Below, in pieces: positions 47,064-56,168 of a stretch of DNA of 64,000 bases. Numbering within the stretch: the stretch's first letter is position 1; every line of letters starts with the position of its first letter. The DNA comes from an uncultured virus (IMG/VR IMGVR_UViG_3300032221_000327) (taxonomy: Duplodnaviria > Heunggongvirae > Uroviricota > Caudoviricetes), in IMG/VR virus record IMGVR_UViG_3300032221_000327. One strand, 5' to 3'. The notes under the pieces were generated by a model, which was not told where the DNA came from, did not search any database, and was given only the letters and a program-made list of their open reading frames with translations. A program made the position numbers and the translations under genes.

Positions 47064-47690
47064 ATGATCTATCCGGCCAGCTACGACATTACCATCCTTC
47101 AGGATGCGACATGGCGTGCTGCGCTGCGCATTACTCAGCTCCAGCAGCAGATTACAAGCATTAGCACTTCTGGCACTTCGCCATTGTTCCAATGCTCTTG
47201 CCATGGGCTTGCTGCTGGTCAGAACGTCGTGTTTGCGCCAGGCGTTACGAGCAGCAATTATATCAGCCTCGCTCCTGTGGTCAACCCTCGATTGCCGTGT
47301 GGCATGGAGTTGAACACGGTGTACTACGTAGTCGCCAGTGGGCTCACTGACGATCAATTTTACGTTTCAGCCACTGTTAGCGGCAGCCCAGTGGAAGCCA
47401 GTGGCGACAGTGCCGGCACCATCTACGTGTCGCAACCAATCAATCTAGTCGGCTACACCATTGACGCCGACATTAACGCATCAGGCACTACCACGCAAGT
47501 GGCTACGTTTGCTTGCACCGTAACTGATGCAACGAATGGAGCGGTGACTATCAGCATTGCGCCTGCAGTGTCTTCGGGATTGGCGGTAGGACAATATGGC
47601 TATGATGTGAGCATAACTGCCCCGAGTGGCGATCGTTATTACGTGATGCAAGGGAGCGCAACCGTGCAGCGCACTTATTCCAGAACTTGA
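47064..47690 (+). CDS. virion structural protein (fibre attachment-like)
   Basis: YDITILQDATW…INLVGYT…YDV…YVMQG. Confidence 0.7.
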   Translation: MIYPASYDITILQDATWRAALRITQLQQQITSISTSGTSPLFQCSCHGLAAGQNVVFAPGVTSSNYISLAPVVNPRLPCGMELNTVYYVVASGLTDDQFYVSATVSGSPVEASGDSAGTIYVSQPINLVGYTIDADINASGTTTQVATFACTVTDATNGAVTISIAPAVSSGLAVGQYGYDVSITAPSGDRYYVMQGSATVQRTYSRT

Positions 47691-49354
47691 CCATGAGTAC
47701 GGCATCCCCAGGCAACACGCAATACTCTGTTTGTGGCTCCGGCGGCCTGCAAGTGATCCTTGCTGTGCCTGGCGTACAAGGGCCAACAGCTACGGTATCT
47801 GGCGCCGGCACTGGCACTGTTACCAGCGTGGGACTGTCTGTGCCTTCTGGGCTGGCCGTCAGCGGTTCGCCAGTGACCACCAGTGGCACGCTGGCAGTCA
47901 CCTTTGCATCGGGCCACTCTATTCCCACCACTGCCAGTCAAGCGAACTGGGACACGGCTTATTCAGAGCGCAGGCAATGGGACGGTGGCGCAACGAATCT
48001 TACTGCCGCCACGGGCCGCACAAGCCTTGGCCTTGGCACTGGCGATTCTCCTGTGTTTGCGGGGCTGACTGTTAGCGGAACTGCCAACCTGCCTCACATC
48101 CATGGTGCCTTGGCTGGTGTGCTCTATGAGCATGTTCGTAATACCAGCGGGGCTCCAATCAGTGCGCTAACGCCATATCACATCACTGGCTCGCAGGGCG
48201 ATGCCGACAGGGTGACGATTGAGCCCGCGCAGGCCAACAATGCGGCATTGATGCCAGCAGCAGGCATCACCTATGGCGCCTTGAGCACAAATGAAGATGG
48301 CCATGGGGCTGTGGGTGGCGTCATAACTGGCCTCAATACGATTGGCTTCCAGTCGGGGGATCCCGTGTACGTGGCCCCCAGTGGCGGCCTGACGGCAACA
48401 AGGCCCGCCAGTGGCATTGTGCAGGCAGTAGGCGTGATTGGTCGCGTTCATGCCAGCACGGGCTCCATGGCAGTGCTGATTGGCAGCGCCTTGCAGGCTG
48501 TTGCCTTCTCTGGGGCATACGGTGACTTGAGCGGACGGCCCACAATCCCTTCAGGGGCTGATGCCGTCCCACAGACTTTGGGCACTGCTGCCGTAGGCGT
48601 CAGCAACGATTATGCCCGCGAGGATCACGTTCATGCTATGCCAACGGCGGCGGATGTTGGTGCTGCCGCTTCTGGGCACGTTCACGGCAATATCACCAAT
48701 GCGGGAGCAATCGGCTCTGTCAGTGGCGTGCCGATCATCACTGGCACCAGCGGGGTGCTGCAGGCGGGATCATTCGGGACCGCCTCGGGCACATTTGCTC
48801 AGGGCAATGATGCACGGTTCCACGATGCCGTCACCCTCGCCGCCAGCGTCGCGGACGTGCTCAACCTGTCGGGCCAGGAGCTGCAGGCGGACGACCCCGG
48901 CGGGGACCGGCTGTTGTTCTGGGACGGCTCAGAAGGGAAGCTGACCCATGCGACGCTGGGCCCTGGTATCACGATCGTTGGCACCACGATTGCCAGCGAG
49001 TACGTGCTGGGGATCGCCTGCTCTGATGAGACAACGGATCTCACGGTAGGCACGGCGAAGGTCACATTCAGGATGCCATTCGCGGCGACGCTGGCGGCAG
49101 TACGGGCGAACGTGAACACGGCGCCAACCGGCTCGACGTTGGTGGTGGATATGAACGAGGAAGGCACCACGGTGCTGAGCACAAAGCTGAGCATTGACGC
49201 GAGCGAGAAGACAAGCGTTACGGCAGCGGCGCCGGCGGTGATCAGTGATTCAGCGTTGGCCGATGATGCCGAAATCACGATCGACATTGATCAGGTGGGC
49301 GCCACGATCAAGGGTAAGGGCCTGAAGGTGTGGCTCTACCTGAGGAGGGTGTGA
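47687..49354 (+). CDS. tail fibre-like protein
   Basis: GTVTSVGLS, VAFSGAYGDLSGRP, YAREDHVH, GLKVWL; GTG start given, ATG at 47693 also possible. Confidence 0.75.
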   Translation: MTMSTASPGNTQYSVCGSGGLQVILAVPGVQGPTATVSGAGTGTVTSVGLSVPSGLAVSGSPVTTSGTLAVTFASGHSIPTTASQANWDTAYSERRQWDGGATNLTAATGRTSLGLGTGDSPVFAGLTVSGTANLPHIHGALAGVLYEHVRNTSGAPISALTPYHITGSQGDADRVTIEPAQANNAALMPAAGITYGALSTNEDGHGAVGGVITGLNTIGFQSGDPVYVAPSGGLTATRPASGIVQAVGVIGRVHASTGSMAVLIGSALQAVAFSGAYGDLSGRPTIPSGADAVPQTLGTAAVGVSNDYAREDHVHAMPTAADVGAAASGHVHGNITNAGAIGSVSGVPIITGTSGVLQAGSFGTASGTFAQGNDARFHDAVTLAASVADVLNLSGQELQADDPGGDRLLFWDGSEGKLTHATLGPGITIVGTTIASEYVLGIACSDETTDLTVGTAKVTFRMPFAATLAAVRANVNTAPTGSTLVVDMNEEGTTVLSTKLSIDASEKTSVTAAAPAVISDSALADDAEITIDIDQVGATIKGKGLKVWLYLRRV

Positions 49355-50193
49355 TGCTGCTGATTAACTCCTACAGGTTTGCGGTGATATCAGCGTATGA
49401 CCCAGATGCAGTGGACTATATTAGCCGTGTCGAGGCTGCTGATGGTCAGGCCCTGGAGTCAGGTGTCAAGGACGCCATCAATGCGCTATTTGTTGGTTGC
49501 AAGGCTGACGAATCAGGGATAGCTGGAGTTAGCAATTATCAAACATTTGGGTCAGCCTGTTTATTTGCCGGACCTCGCACTAGGGCAGGTTGCCGTGTTC
49601 CGTTAGGTAATGCAATGCCTGCGATATTGGAATATGGAACAGCAGGAGGCTGGAGCTTAGACAGAAAGACCGGATTGGCCGGAAACGGGATTGACAATTA
49701 TTTGGACACTCAATACGCTAGCGCGTCAATAGCAAAAGATAATTGCGGAGCCTTTGCTTATGTTAGTATAGCTGACTTGATAAGCAGTAGCGGCACTTAC
49801 CTTTCTGATAGATTTTCTGGTACTACAAGCGTGGATTGGACTAACATCCAAGTTACAACCAGCAATAGGCTGTCCTTCAATAATCAAAACGGAACAGCGC
49901 AAATTCAAGTCGCGCCATCTCGGGTATCAACTGGATTCATTGGTTCTAGCCGTATTGATTCAGCGAGTTATTCTGCGCGATACGGAGGTGTTTCGTATTT
50001 ACAAACAAGAGCTAGCGCTGCAACGCGCGGATCTGGTACGTTTCACGTATTCGCTCGACCTACAACAACCGTTCCCGGCGTATTTACGATAGCTAGGTTA
50101 GCAGCTTATAATGTTGGTGCTGCGTTGTCCATGGATTCAATGGAAACGCGGCTTAATGATTACATGGCCGCTCTGGCTACTGCTATTCCCTGA
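49354..50193 (+). CDS. putative receptor-binding / lectin-like protein
   Basis: YDPDAVDYISRVEAADG N-terminus; AT-richer beta-rich body. Confidence 0.65.
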   Translation: MLLINSYRFAVISAYDPDAVDYISRVEAADGQALESGVKDAINALFVGCKADESGIAGVSNYQTFGSACLFAGPRTRAGCRVPLGNAMPAILEYGTAGGWSLDRKTGLAGNGIDNYLDTQYASASIAKDNCGAFAYVSIADLISSSGTYLSDRFSGTTSVDWTNIQVTTSNRLSFNNQNGTAQIQVAPSRVSTGFIGSSRIDSASYSARYGGVSYLQTRASAATRGSGTFHVFARPTTTVPGVFTIARLAAYNVGAALSMDSMETRLNDYMAALATAIP

Positions 50194-50194
50194 C

Positions 50195-50866
50195 ATGTCC
50201 CGCCACATCCTCCGCCGCCCCACCAGTCAACTGGTGGCCTATCCCCGGCAGGATGATCAGCCGGTGATCGGCCTCGACCGCACCGTCTACCATGTGCTGC
50301 AGGATGTGCATGATCCACGGCCGGAGTACGACCCGGCGACACACATTCTCTCAGCCGCTGCGCCGGTCATTGATATCACTGATCCTGATGGTGATGATCT
50401 CAATGGAACCGTCACCTATGGCTGGATCCTGACCCCGATCGTGCCACCACCCCCGCCGCTGCCCCCGCCCGACTGGCTGACGTTCGCCGGCTGGCTGTTC
50501 AGCTACCCCCCGATGGCCACCGCCATGGCTGCCGCCCGCTCCAGCACCAGCCACCAGGGCGAGCCCGCCACCACCAGCCTCCCCGCCGCCATGGACGAGG
50601 CCCGCCTCCGGCAGAACTATGCGCCGTTCGCCGCTGCATGGGCGCTGTTCCTGCAGGCCGCTGCGATGCCTGCTGATGCACTGGCCGCGATCGTGGCCGA
50701 GGCACAGGCTGATCGACTGCCGGATGAGTTTATCTACGCCCTTCAACCCACTCTGCTCGTTCGTGCCCGCAACGAAGATGGCACCTTCCGTGCAGATGAT
50801 CCCGCAACGGCCATGATCAACGAAGCGTGGGAAGTGCCTACTGTCAGCGGTGCGTTGGAGCCGTAG
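50195..50866 (+). CDS. tail fibre-associated protein
   Basis: YPRQDDQPVIGLD, PEYDPATH, poly-Pro linker, RARNEDGTFRADDP. Confidence 0.65.
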   Translation: MSRHILRRPTSQLVAYPRQDDQPVIGLDRTVYHVLQDVHDPRPEYDPATHILSAAAPVIDITDPDGDDLNGTVTYGWILTPIVPPPPPLPPPDWLTFAGWLFSYPPMATAMAAARSSTSHQGEPATTSLPAAMDEARLRQNYAPFAAAWALFLQAAAMPADALAAIVAEAQADRLPDEFIYALQPTLLVRARNEDGTFRADDPATAMINEAWEVPTVSGALEP

Positions 50867-50990
50867 CCTCTACCGCTTGCATAGCCCGCTGCTGGGCACT
50901 CCTGCGACACGCTTGGAAGCGCCTACCTTCGCAAGCCAGTGATATACCACTCACCACCATTGAAACCAAGCCAAACACAATGAGCGTCAT
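50844..50990 (-). CDS. small membrane protein downstream of endolysin
   Basis: N-terminal hydrophobic helix; 48 aa. Confidence 0.4.
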   Translation of the reverse strand: MTLIVFGLVSMVVSGISLACEGRRFQACRRSAQQRAMQAVEATAPTHR

Positions 50991-51001
50991 GGCACGTTCC
51001 C

Positions 51002-52171
51002 TCAGGCTTCCTTGACCATGACAGCCCACCCATCGTTGCCCTTCGGCATCCAGCGGCGCTCCCAATACTGATTAGGAAACACTACATACTGCCCGCCTTG
51101 TGCGCTCTTGTAGCCACCGTGAATCAAGTCGCACAACCCGTAGGGGTCGTGGTGAATGGTGCCCCCATTAGAAAGGCCCACAATGGTAGTCCAATGGCCA
51201 CTGCCAGCAGGCGCACGATAGTTGCCATAATGCAACCAACCCACAGCGAGCGGACGGCCCGCCTGGATTTCTTTTGTCACATCCGCCAGCGTCAAGTTTT
51301 GACGGAATGTAGCAACCAGCCCTAGCTCCTGCAGCGCCTTCAGTTGCGCCGTTGAATTGGTGGTGTCACCATACTTCTTGCGGATGGCATTGTATTGATC
51401 ATCACTTGTTACTTTTCCATAGAACGCCGCCAGCATTGCGCAGGCGCTGGAGAAGCATTCGCGATGCCCTTGCCCTGACGCATTGTCCCGCTGGCTGAAA
51501 TAGGGAACGGTCAATGGATTAGTGAATGACGGGCCTGCTGGTGCCGCTGGGCGTGCCCTGTAGAGCTTCCCAAACTCCAGCCGCTGTTCCATCGTCATTG
51601 TCTTGTGCAGCCACTCATAGGCCGCCACTTGATGCTCCTCGTTCTTGAAGTTACGGGCTGCTGCCACCATTGAAATGTCGCCAGTGGCAGGGGCTGCAGC
51701 AGGCGCCACACTGGTACTCCATAGCTTTCCCTCCGCTGTGCGACGACGCTTGAGGCCCGCTTCCACTGTGCTGCCAGGGTTGACATAGAGCATGAGCGCA
51801 TCCGGCACCCTGCTCCATTCCTTCCCCTTCAGACGTTGTGACAACGTAGCGAACCCTTCAGTGCCGTAGAAGTGCCAGCCAAGGTTCCATGCAAAGGACA
51901 GCAGCGCCCCCTTCTGGTTGTCGTTCATTCCGTCCCAGCCGGGAATCTTCACCAGGGCCGGCAGCACATCTTTCGTGACAGCAGTGCGCAGCATGGCTTC
52001 TGCCTGCCCTTCCGTGATGCGATCACCACGCTTCACTGCACGGCCATCAGGCATCTTGGTGGAACCGTAGCCGATCGTCCATGGCTCTCCCCCAGATAAG
52101 GGGTCTGGATAGGCGGAAAGCTCCAAACCTTCAAATTCCCGAATCAGAGCCAAGCCAGCGTCTACGTTCAT
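51002..52171 (-). CDS. endolysin: GH24 lysozyme fused to C39-like peptidase
   Basis: FEG…AYPD…WTIGYG, ALLSFAWNLG, GLKRRR; VPYFSQRDN, ECFSSACAM, GHW, HDPYG. Confidence 0.9.
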   Translation of the reverse strand: MNVDAGLALIREFEGLELSAYPDPLSGGEPWTIGYGSTKMPDGRAVKRGDRITEGQAEAMLRTAVTKDVLPALVKIPGWDGMNDNQKGALLSFAWNLGWHFYGTEGFATLSQRLKGKEWSRVPDALMLYVNPGSTVEAGLKRRRTAEGKLWSTSVAPAAAPATGDISMVAAARNFKNEEHQVAAYEWLHKTMTMEQRLEFGKLYRARPAAPAGPSFTNPLTVPYFSQRDNASGQGHRECFSSACAMLAAFYGKVTSDDQYNAIRKKYGDTTNSTAQLKALQELGLVATFRQNLTLADVTKEIQAGRPLAVGWLHYGNYRAPAGSGHWTTIVGLSNGGTIHHDPYGLCDLIHGGYKSAQGGQYVVFPNQYWERRWMPKGNDGWAVMVKEA

Positions 52172-52203
52172 AATGCCCTCAAGCCGTCTAGAAGTGGAAA
52201 CGA

Positions 52204-52347
52204 TCAGCGATTAACGCGGAGCGCAGCCTTGGCAGCAGTCAAGATGAGCTGAATGATGTTGTTTTCCCGCCAAGGGGTGTGCTGAATCATTTGATCCAGG
52301 GCCGCAACCAGAATGCCACCAATCACGAACCATTCAATAGCTTCCAT
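52204..52347 (-). CDS. putative holin-like peptide
   Basis: MEAIEWFVIGGILVAALDQMIQHTPWRENNIIQLILTAAKAALRVNR; directly upstream of endolysin; below ORF-track cutoff. Confidence 0.6.
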   Translation of the reverse strand: MEAIEWFVIGGILVAALDQMIQHTPWRENNIIQLILTAAKAALRVNR

Positions 52348-52381
52348 GGGACGAAAAGCGAATGTGACTCAATTCTAGCCG

Positions 52382-52609
52382 CTACTGCCGGTCAGCCCTA
52401 GAGGGATCCATTTCCAAGTTGCGCACTCTGGTTTCCAGTTCCTTCAGGCTATCTGTCAATGCCGTGAGGCTAGTGGTGAGGTGATCCATGCGTTCAGAGA
52501 TTTTAACCTGCTGATTACCAATGCCAATCATCATTCCCCCCGTTGCCAAGAGCATACCAGCGGTGACGGTGGCAGCAAAGTTGGCCAGGCTTTCCTGCCA
52601 TTTTTCCAT
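52382..52609 (-). CDS. membrane protein with coiled coil
   Basis: Hydrophobic N-terminus then heptads ending RVRNLE. Confidence 0.65.
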   Translation of the reverse strand: MEKWQESLANFAATVTAGMLLATGGMMIGIGNQQVKISERMDHLTTSLTALTDSLKELETRVRNLEMDPSRADRQ

Positions 52610-52694
52610 TGAGCGTAGTGCAGCACTCTGCCCATTCTATCGGCTCCACCTTCAGCGTTTTTGTGCTTTATCGTTGGAGAAAGAGGGCAGAGCT

Positions 52695-53246
52695 ATGGGT
52701 GGGGAGCATGGGCCCAACTTGTTGCTACATTCCCTTTCTGAACTGCGACCGTCTGAAGCCAAGCGGCGCTTTCGGCGTTCCATCTTTGACGACTATCCTG
52801 TGAGGGGGCCCTTGGGCCAGCCTGCTTGCGCCTATTGCGGCAAGTGGCACGAAAAGCTCACCCTCGATCACATTGTCCCCAAAAGCAAGGGCGGGCCGCA
52901 CTATGCCAAGTGGAACCTTGTGCCGGCTTGCCAGCTCCATAATGGCTGGAAGTCTGATGCGCCAGTGTTTGAGTGGTGGAGGCCGCAGCAGTTTTGGCGG
53001 CAGGACTTGGAAGATGCTCTAGTGGCTTGGGTGCAGGGGCAAAGTTTCGTTTCGGCCCATACTGCTACGGGCTCTTGGGAGGAGTGGATGGAGCAGACGG
53101 GGCGAGTGGTGCCCGTCCATGAAAAAAGCGGCCCAATGGCCGCCTTGTTTGCTCTTACTGGTCAATACAGCGCAAACGCCACGCTGGGGGGCGGCGGCAC
53201 AGGCGGCGTTGATGCACTGTCCTGGCGAGGGTCTGTGCCCGCCTGA
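52695..53246 (+). CDS. HNH endonuclease
   Basis: CAYCG, TLDHIVPKSKGG, NLVPACQLHNGWK. Confidence 0.88.
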   Translation: MGGEHGPNLLLHSLSELRPSEAKRRFRRSIFDDYPVRGPLGQPACAYCGKWHEKLTLDHIVPKSKGGPHYAKWNLVPACQLHNGWKSDAPVFEWWRPQQFWRQDLEDALVAWVQGQSFVSAHTATGSWEEWMEQTGRVVPVHEKSGPMAALFALTGQYSANATLGGGGTGGVDALSWRGSVPA

Positions 53247-53467
53247 TAAGCGGCTTGCGTTTCAACGAAATCAATCAAGCGGGCCTGATACCATTCGCTC
53301 TTGCGCAGATCCTCGGCGCCATTCTTCTGCCGGTAGCGCCACAGATATTTGATGCAGTTGCCCTTCAAGAATCCTTGGAACTCTTCTGCGGACATTGAAG
53401 CCTCAATGGCCTCGATACATTCAATGGTGCCGGAAGTGTAGTGGGACGGGTTGATGGCGTCAGACAT
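53162..53467 (-). CDS. DUF3310 (SaV-like) protein
   Basis: INPSHY, IECIEAI, GNCIKYLWR, EDLRKSEWY. Confidence 0.88.
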   Translation of the reverse strand: MSDAINPSHYTSGTIECIEAIEASMSAEEFQGFLKGNCIKYLWRYRQKNGAEDLRKSEWYQARLIDFVETQAAYQAGTDPRQDSASTPPVPPPPSVAFALY

Positions 53468-53472
53468 GGTGG

Positions 53473-54219
53473 TCAGAAGGATGAGGGAACAGTGGAGAAT
53501 GCGTCAAATGCCTCTGGGGCAACAGGACGTGCAAGGGCTTGCAGGGCATCAGCATAGGCCACAATTTCACCTTGAGCGCCATGACCCTGCCGCAGGCTGA
53601 CGAAGTGGAGCAGTGCCTGCAGGCTGCATGTCCAGATGAAGCTGGAATAGAGCGCAGAGGGCAGGATGGCCCTGGCCTGCTCCTTGGCCACGCCCGTCAA
53701 CAGGAGCCCCTCATAGGCCCTCTTGCAGCCCTCTAGGGCCTGCACGTATTGGCGCAGGGCTAGTTGCTGGTCATTGCGGCTCAGGCTGCCTTCAGACGCC
53801 TGGCGGTTGCTTTCGCTTTGCTTGCGAAACGTGTCGGGCACGTAGTATTCGGCATCGTCGGCTGCGCAGTAGCGGAAGCTCTTTTCGTTCCAGCCCAGTT
53901 GATCATCCACGTAGGTGCAAGCCACCACATGCTTCCACCATTGCCGACAAATGAACAGCGGAGCCTTCACGAACCACTTGAAGACGGTGCCGCGAAAGGG
54001 GCTGGTGTGGTGCTCTCGGATGAGGAAGTTGATCAGCTTCTGGTCACGGTCTGTCCATTCCACTGAGCGGGCTTCAAGGCTCTGTCTGGCGTCGTTCACG
54101 ACGCTGAGGCTGCTGCCCATGGAATCAAGCAGCACCACTCGACTGATGCCATCGCCCAGTGGGTCCAAGGCGGGACGATCAAAAACAAGAGGAGGCGATG
54201 GAGAGGCATTGTCAGTCAT
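53473..54219 (-). CDS. thyX: FAD-dependent thymidylate synthase
   Basis: VVNDARQS, HHTSPF, APLFICRQW, NEKSFRY, GVAKEQARAILP, AQGEI. Confidence 0.9.
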   Translation of the reverse strand: MTDNASPSPPLVFDRPALDPLGDGISRVVLLDSMGSSLSVVNDARQSLEARSVEWTDRDQKLINFLIREHHTSPFRGTVFKWFVKAPLFICRQWWKHVVACTYVDDQLGWNEKSFRYCAADDAEYYVPDTFRKQSESNRQASEGSLSRNDQQLALRQYVQALEGCKRAYEGLLLTGVAKEQARAILPSALYSSFIWTCSLQALLHFVSLRQGHGAQGEIVAYADALQALARPVAPEAFDAFSTVPSSF

Positions 54220-54362
54220 GCTGAACGCATGGGGGCCTGGCCATCTTATCTGCGGGCCACCTTTTCGGCAATCGCCCCGTTCAGTTTCGGCCTTCCACGC
54301 TTGCTTCTGCCCACCAGCTCACTACCCTAGACACAGATCGCCATTCGCCTGTGCCTTTCTCC

Positions 54363-54716
54363 ATGCCGGTTCAGTTAGTATTGGACGGCCAACCATGCAC
54401 TGCCATTATGGGGCCGTTTGAACACTCCACTGAGCGTCAGTTTTCGTTGACGGTACAGAAAAATGCCGTGCAGGCATGTCAGAACAAGGAAGAACTACGC
54501 TCGATTGCGCTGCACCTGCTGGAAGGTTGGGCTGCTAGCACCACTGCCTTGCAAGGGCTGATGCTGGAAAACATTGAGCTTCGGCAGTACATGGCCGTGC
54601 AAGCCAGTTCCCTGAAGGCTGCCGATGCAATGCTCACTGAAGCGGGGCAGTCGCTCCAGCAATATGAGCAGCAATCAAACGGTGCCAAAAGGGGTCTTTG
54701 GCCATGGAAGCACTGA
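54363..54716 (+). CDS. hypothetical coiled-coil protein
   Basis: 117-aa ORF opposing the surrounding minus-strand block. Confidence 0.6.
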   Translation: MPVQLVLDGQPCTAIMGPFEHSTERQFSLTVQKNAVQACQNKEELRSIALHLLEGWAASTTALQGLMLENIELRQYMAVQASSLKAADAMLTEAGQSLQQYEQQSNGAKRGLWPWKH

Positions 54717-55011
54717 GCAGAAAGATTGTCCAGCTCGACGTATAAGCAAGATTGTACTTACGACAATCTCTTTCGTAGCCTGAGCCAGTAACATGGCGAC
54801 CACGACTATAAACGGCACCTTGGATTTCGATGCCAGTGCGAGAGAGGGGATGAGCAAAGTCAAGGCGATAGCGTTTGGAATGTTTTGACCGGGAATAGCG
54901 CCCTAGATAATCAGCTTCCCAGGCATCAATAGCACTATATTCTCGCTCAAGAATAAGCGATGGATTGGTTGCTTGCCATTGCTTGAGAAATTGATCCTCT
55001 AAGGCGCTCAT
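54634..55011 (-). CDS. Vsr/DUF559-like endonuclease
   Basis: YRLDFA, GIEIQG, GRH, DCRKYN. Confidence 0.75.
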   Translation of the reverse strand: MSALEDQFLKQWQATNPSLILEREYSAIDAWEADYLGRYSRSKHSKRYRLDFAHPLSRTGIEIQGAVYSRGRHVTGSGYERDCRKYNLAYTSSWTIFLLSASMAKDPFWHRLIAAHIAGATAPLQ

Positions 55012-55013
55012 GC

Positions 55014-55583
55014 TTAGATGGCAGTGGCCCTCACTGTAGCGCCCTGATCTTGATAGACGCCCGTGTAAGGAGTGGCGACAGTGCCGCAGTCGTAGAACAG
55101 CACTTGTGCGATGCCTTCATTGGCATAAAGACGCATGGGATTGTTGGTGGGATTGATGAAGCACATGGTCAAATGGCCGCACCAACCGGGTTCAATGGGG
55201 GTGACATTGGTGATCAGCCCTCGACAGGCATAAGTGCTCTTGCCTTGCACAGTGGCGAAGACGTGATTTGGCATCGTAAACCGCTCCAGACTGACACCAG
55301 CGCCTGCGGAAAAGGAAGGCAGTAGGAAGAACTCGCCACTGCTGTCGCGCTGAGACGCAAGGAGAGGGCCGTCCAGCGGGGACGACTTGGGAGAGACGCA
55401 AGATTCGCGGGTGTTGTAGAGCAGCTTGAACTCGCCAGGTGCTAGGCGAATGTCGTAGCCACACTGGGAAAGCCCGAAGCTAATCACTTTCCTTCCATTG
55501 TCTGTCCTGACCTTCTCCCCGACGTAGGGGAACAGGATGTCGTTTTCAGCAAGTGCTGAAATGGCCTTGTCGTTGAGAATCAT
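55014..55583 (-). CDS. dcd: dCTP deaminase
   Basis: ISFGLSQCGYDIRL, GKSTYACRG, TPIEPGW, YANEGIAQ, YQDQ. Confidence 0.9.
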   Translation of the reverse strand: MILNDKAISALAENDILFPYVGEKVRTDNGRKVISFGLSQCGYDIRLAPGEFKLLYNTRESCVSPKSSPLDGPLLASQRDSSGEFFLLPSFSAGAGVSLERFTMPNHVFATVQGKSTYACRGLITNVTPIEPGWCGHLTMCFINPTNNPMRLYANEGIAQVLFYDCGTVATPYTGVYQDQGATVRATAI

Positions 55584-55633
55584 GGTTGTTGAGGAATGAG
55601 GGCAAAGACTGTTGAGAAGGCGGAGAGTCGTGG

Positions 55634-55807
55634 CTACTTGGAGCTGACCCCGCCAAACAACCCTGCCAGTGCCCAGCAACCCAGTGCAGCAGGCCAGAAT
55701 GGCACAGACGGCCAGATGGAGACGATCGCCCAAGCAAGCAAGCAGGCAACGCCAAATGAAATACCGATTGCAACAGCAATAGCCAAGGCGAACAGAAAGA
55801 ATTTCAC
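55634..55807 (-). CDS. small membrane protein
   Basis: GTG start; MKFFLFALAIAVAIGISFGVACLLAW…; 57 aa, below ORF-track cutoff. Confidence 0.55.
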   Translation of the reverse strand: MKFFLFALAIAVAIGISFGVACLLAWAIVSIWPSVPFWPAALGCWALAGLFGGVSSK

Positions 55808-55868
55808 GATAGGGAAGCGCGGAGAAAAAGAAAGGGCGCAAAGGCGCCCCGGAAATCAGCAGCAGGCG

Positions 55869-56120
55869 TCAGAACGGATCGCCGCCGTCCAGTGGGCCAT
55901 TCACCCACACGCTGGCATAGCCCTTGGGGCCATCCTTGTCGCCCTTCAGCTTGACGGAGCCCGTATAACCAGGCGCACGGTCGCTGTTCTTCTTGGTGTT
56001 CTCCCAGACGGCAACGTCCAGGCTGTAGTTGCCGCGTTCGTTCGGGCCTTTGGCCTTCAGTGCATTCAGCACTTCAGGGGTGAGATCGACGGCAGCAGTG
56101 ATCGGGGGCCGGTTGGCCAT
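55869..56120 (-). CDS. putative single-stranded DNA-binding protein
   Basis: DRAPGYTGSV, acidic C-terminus ending DPF; next to exonuclease and annealase. Confidence 0.65.
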   Translation of the reverse strand: MANRPPITAAVDLTPEVLNALKAKGPNERGNYSLDVAVWENTKKNSDRAPGYTGSVKLKGDKDGPKGYASVWVNGPLDGGDPF

Positions 56121-56168
56121 GGTGTTTCTCCAGAGGGAGTATTGGAAGCCCCGTGGGGCTCGCCCATA

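Noticed and set aside
42193..50866. Diversity-generating retroelement or invertible fibre cassette
   Set aside because: No reverse transcriptase or invertase, and no template/variable repeat pair noticed by eye
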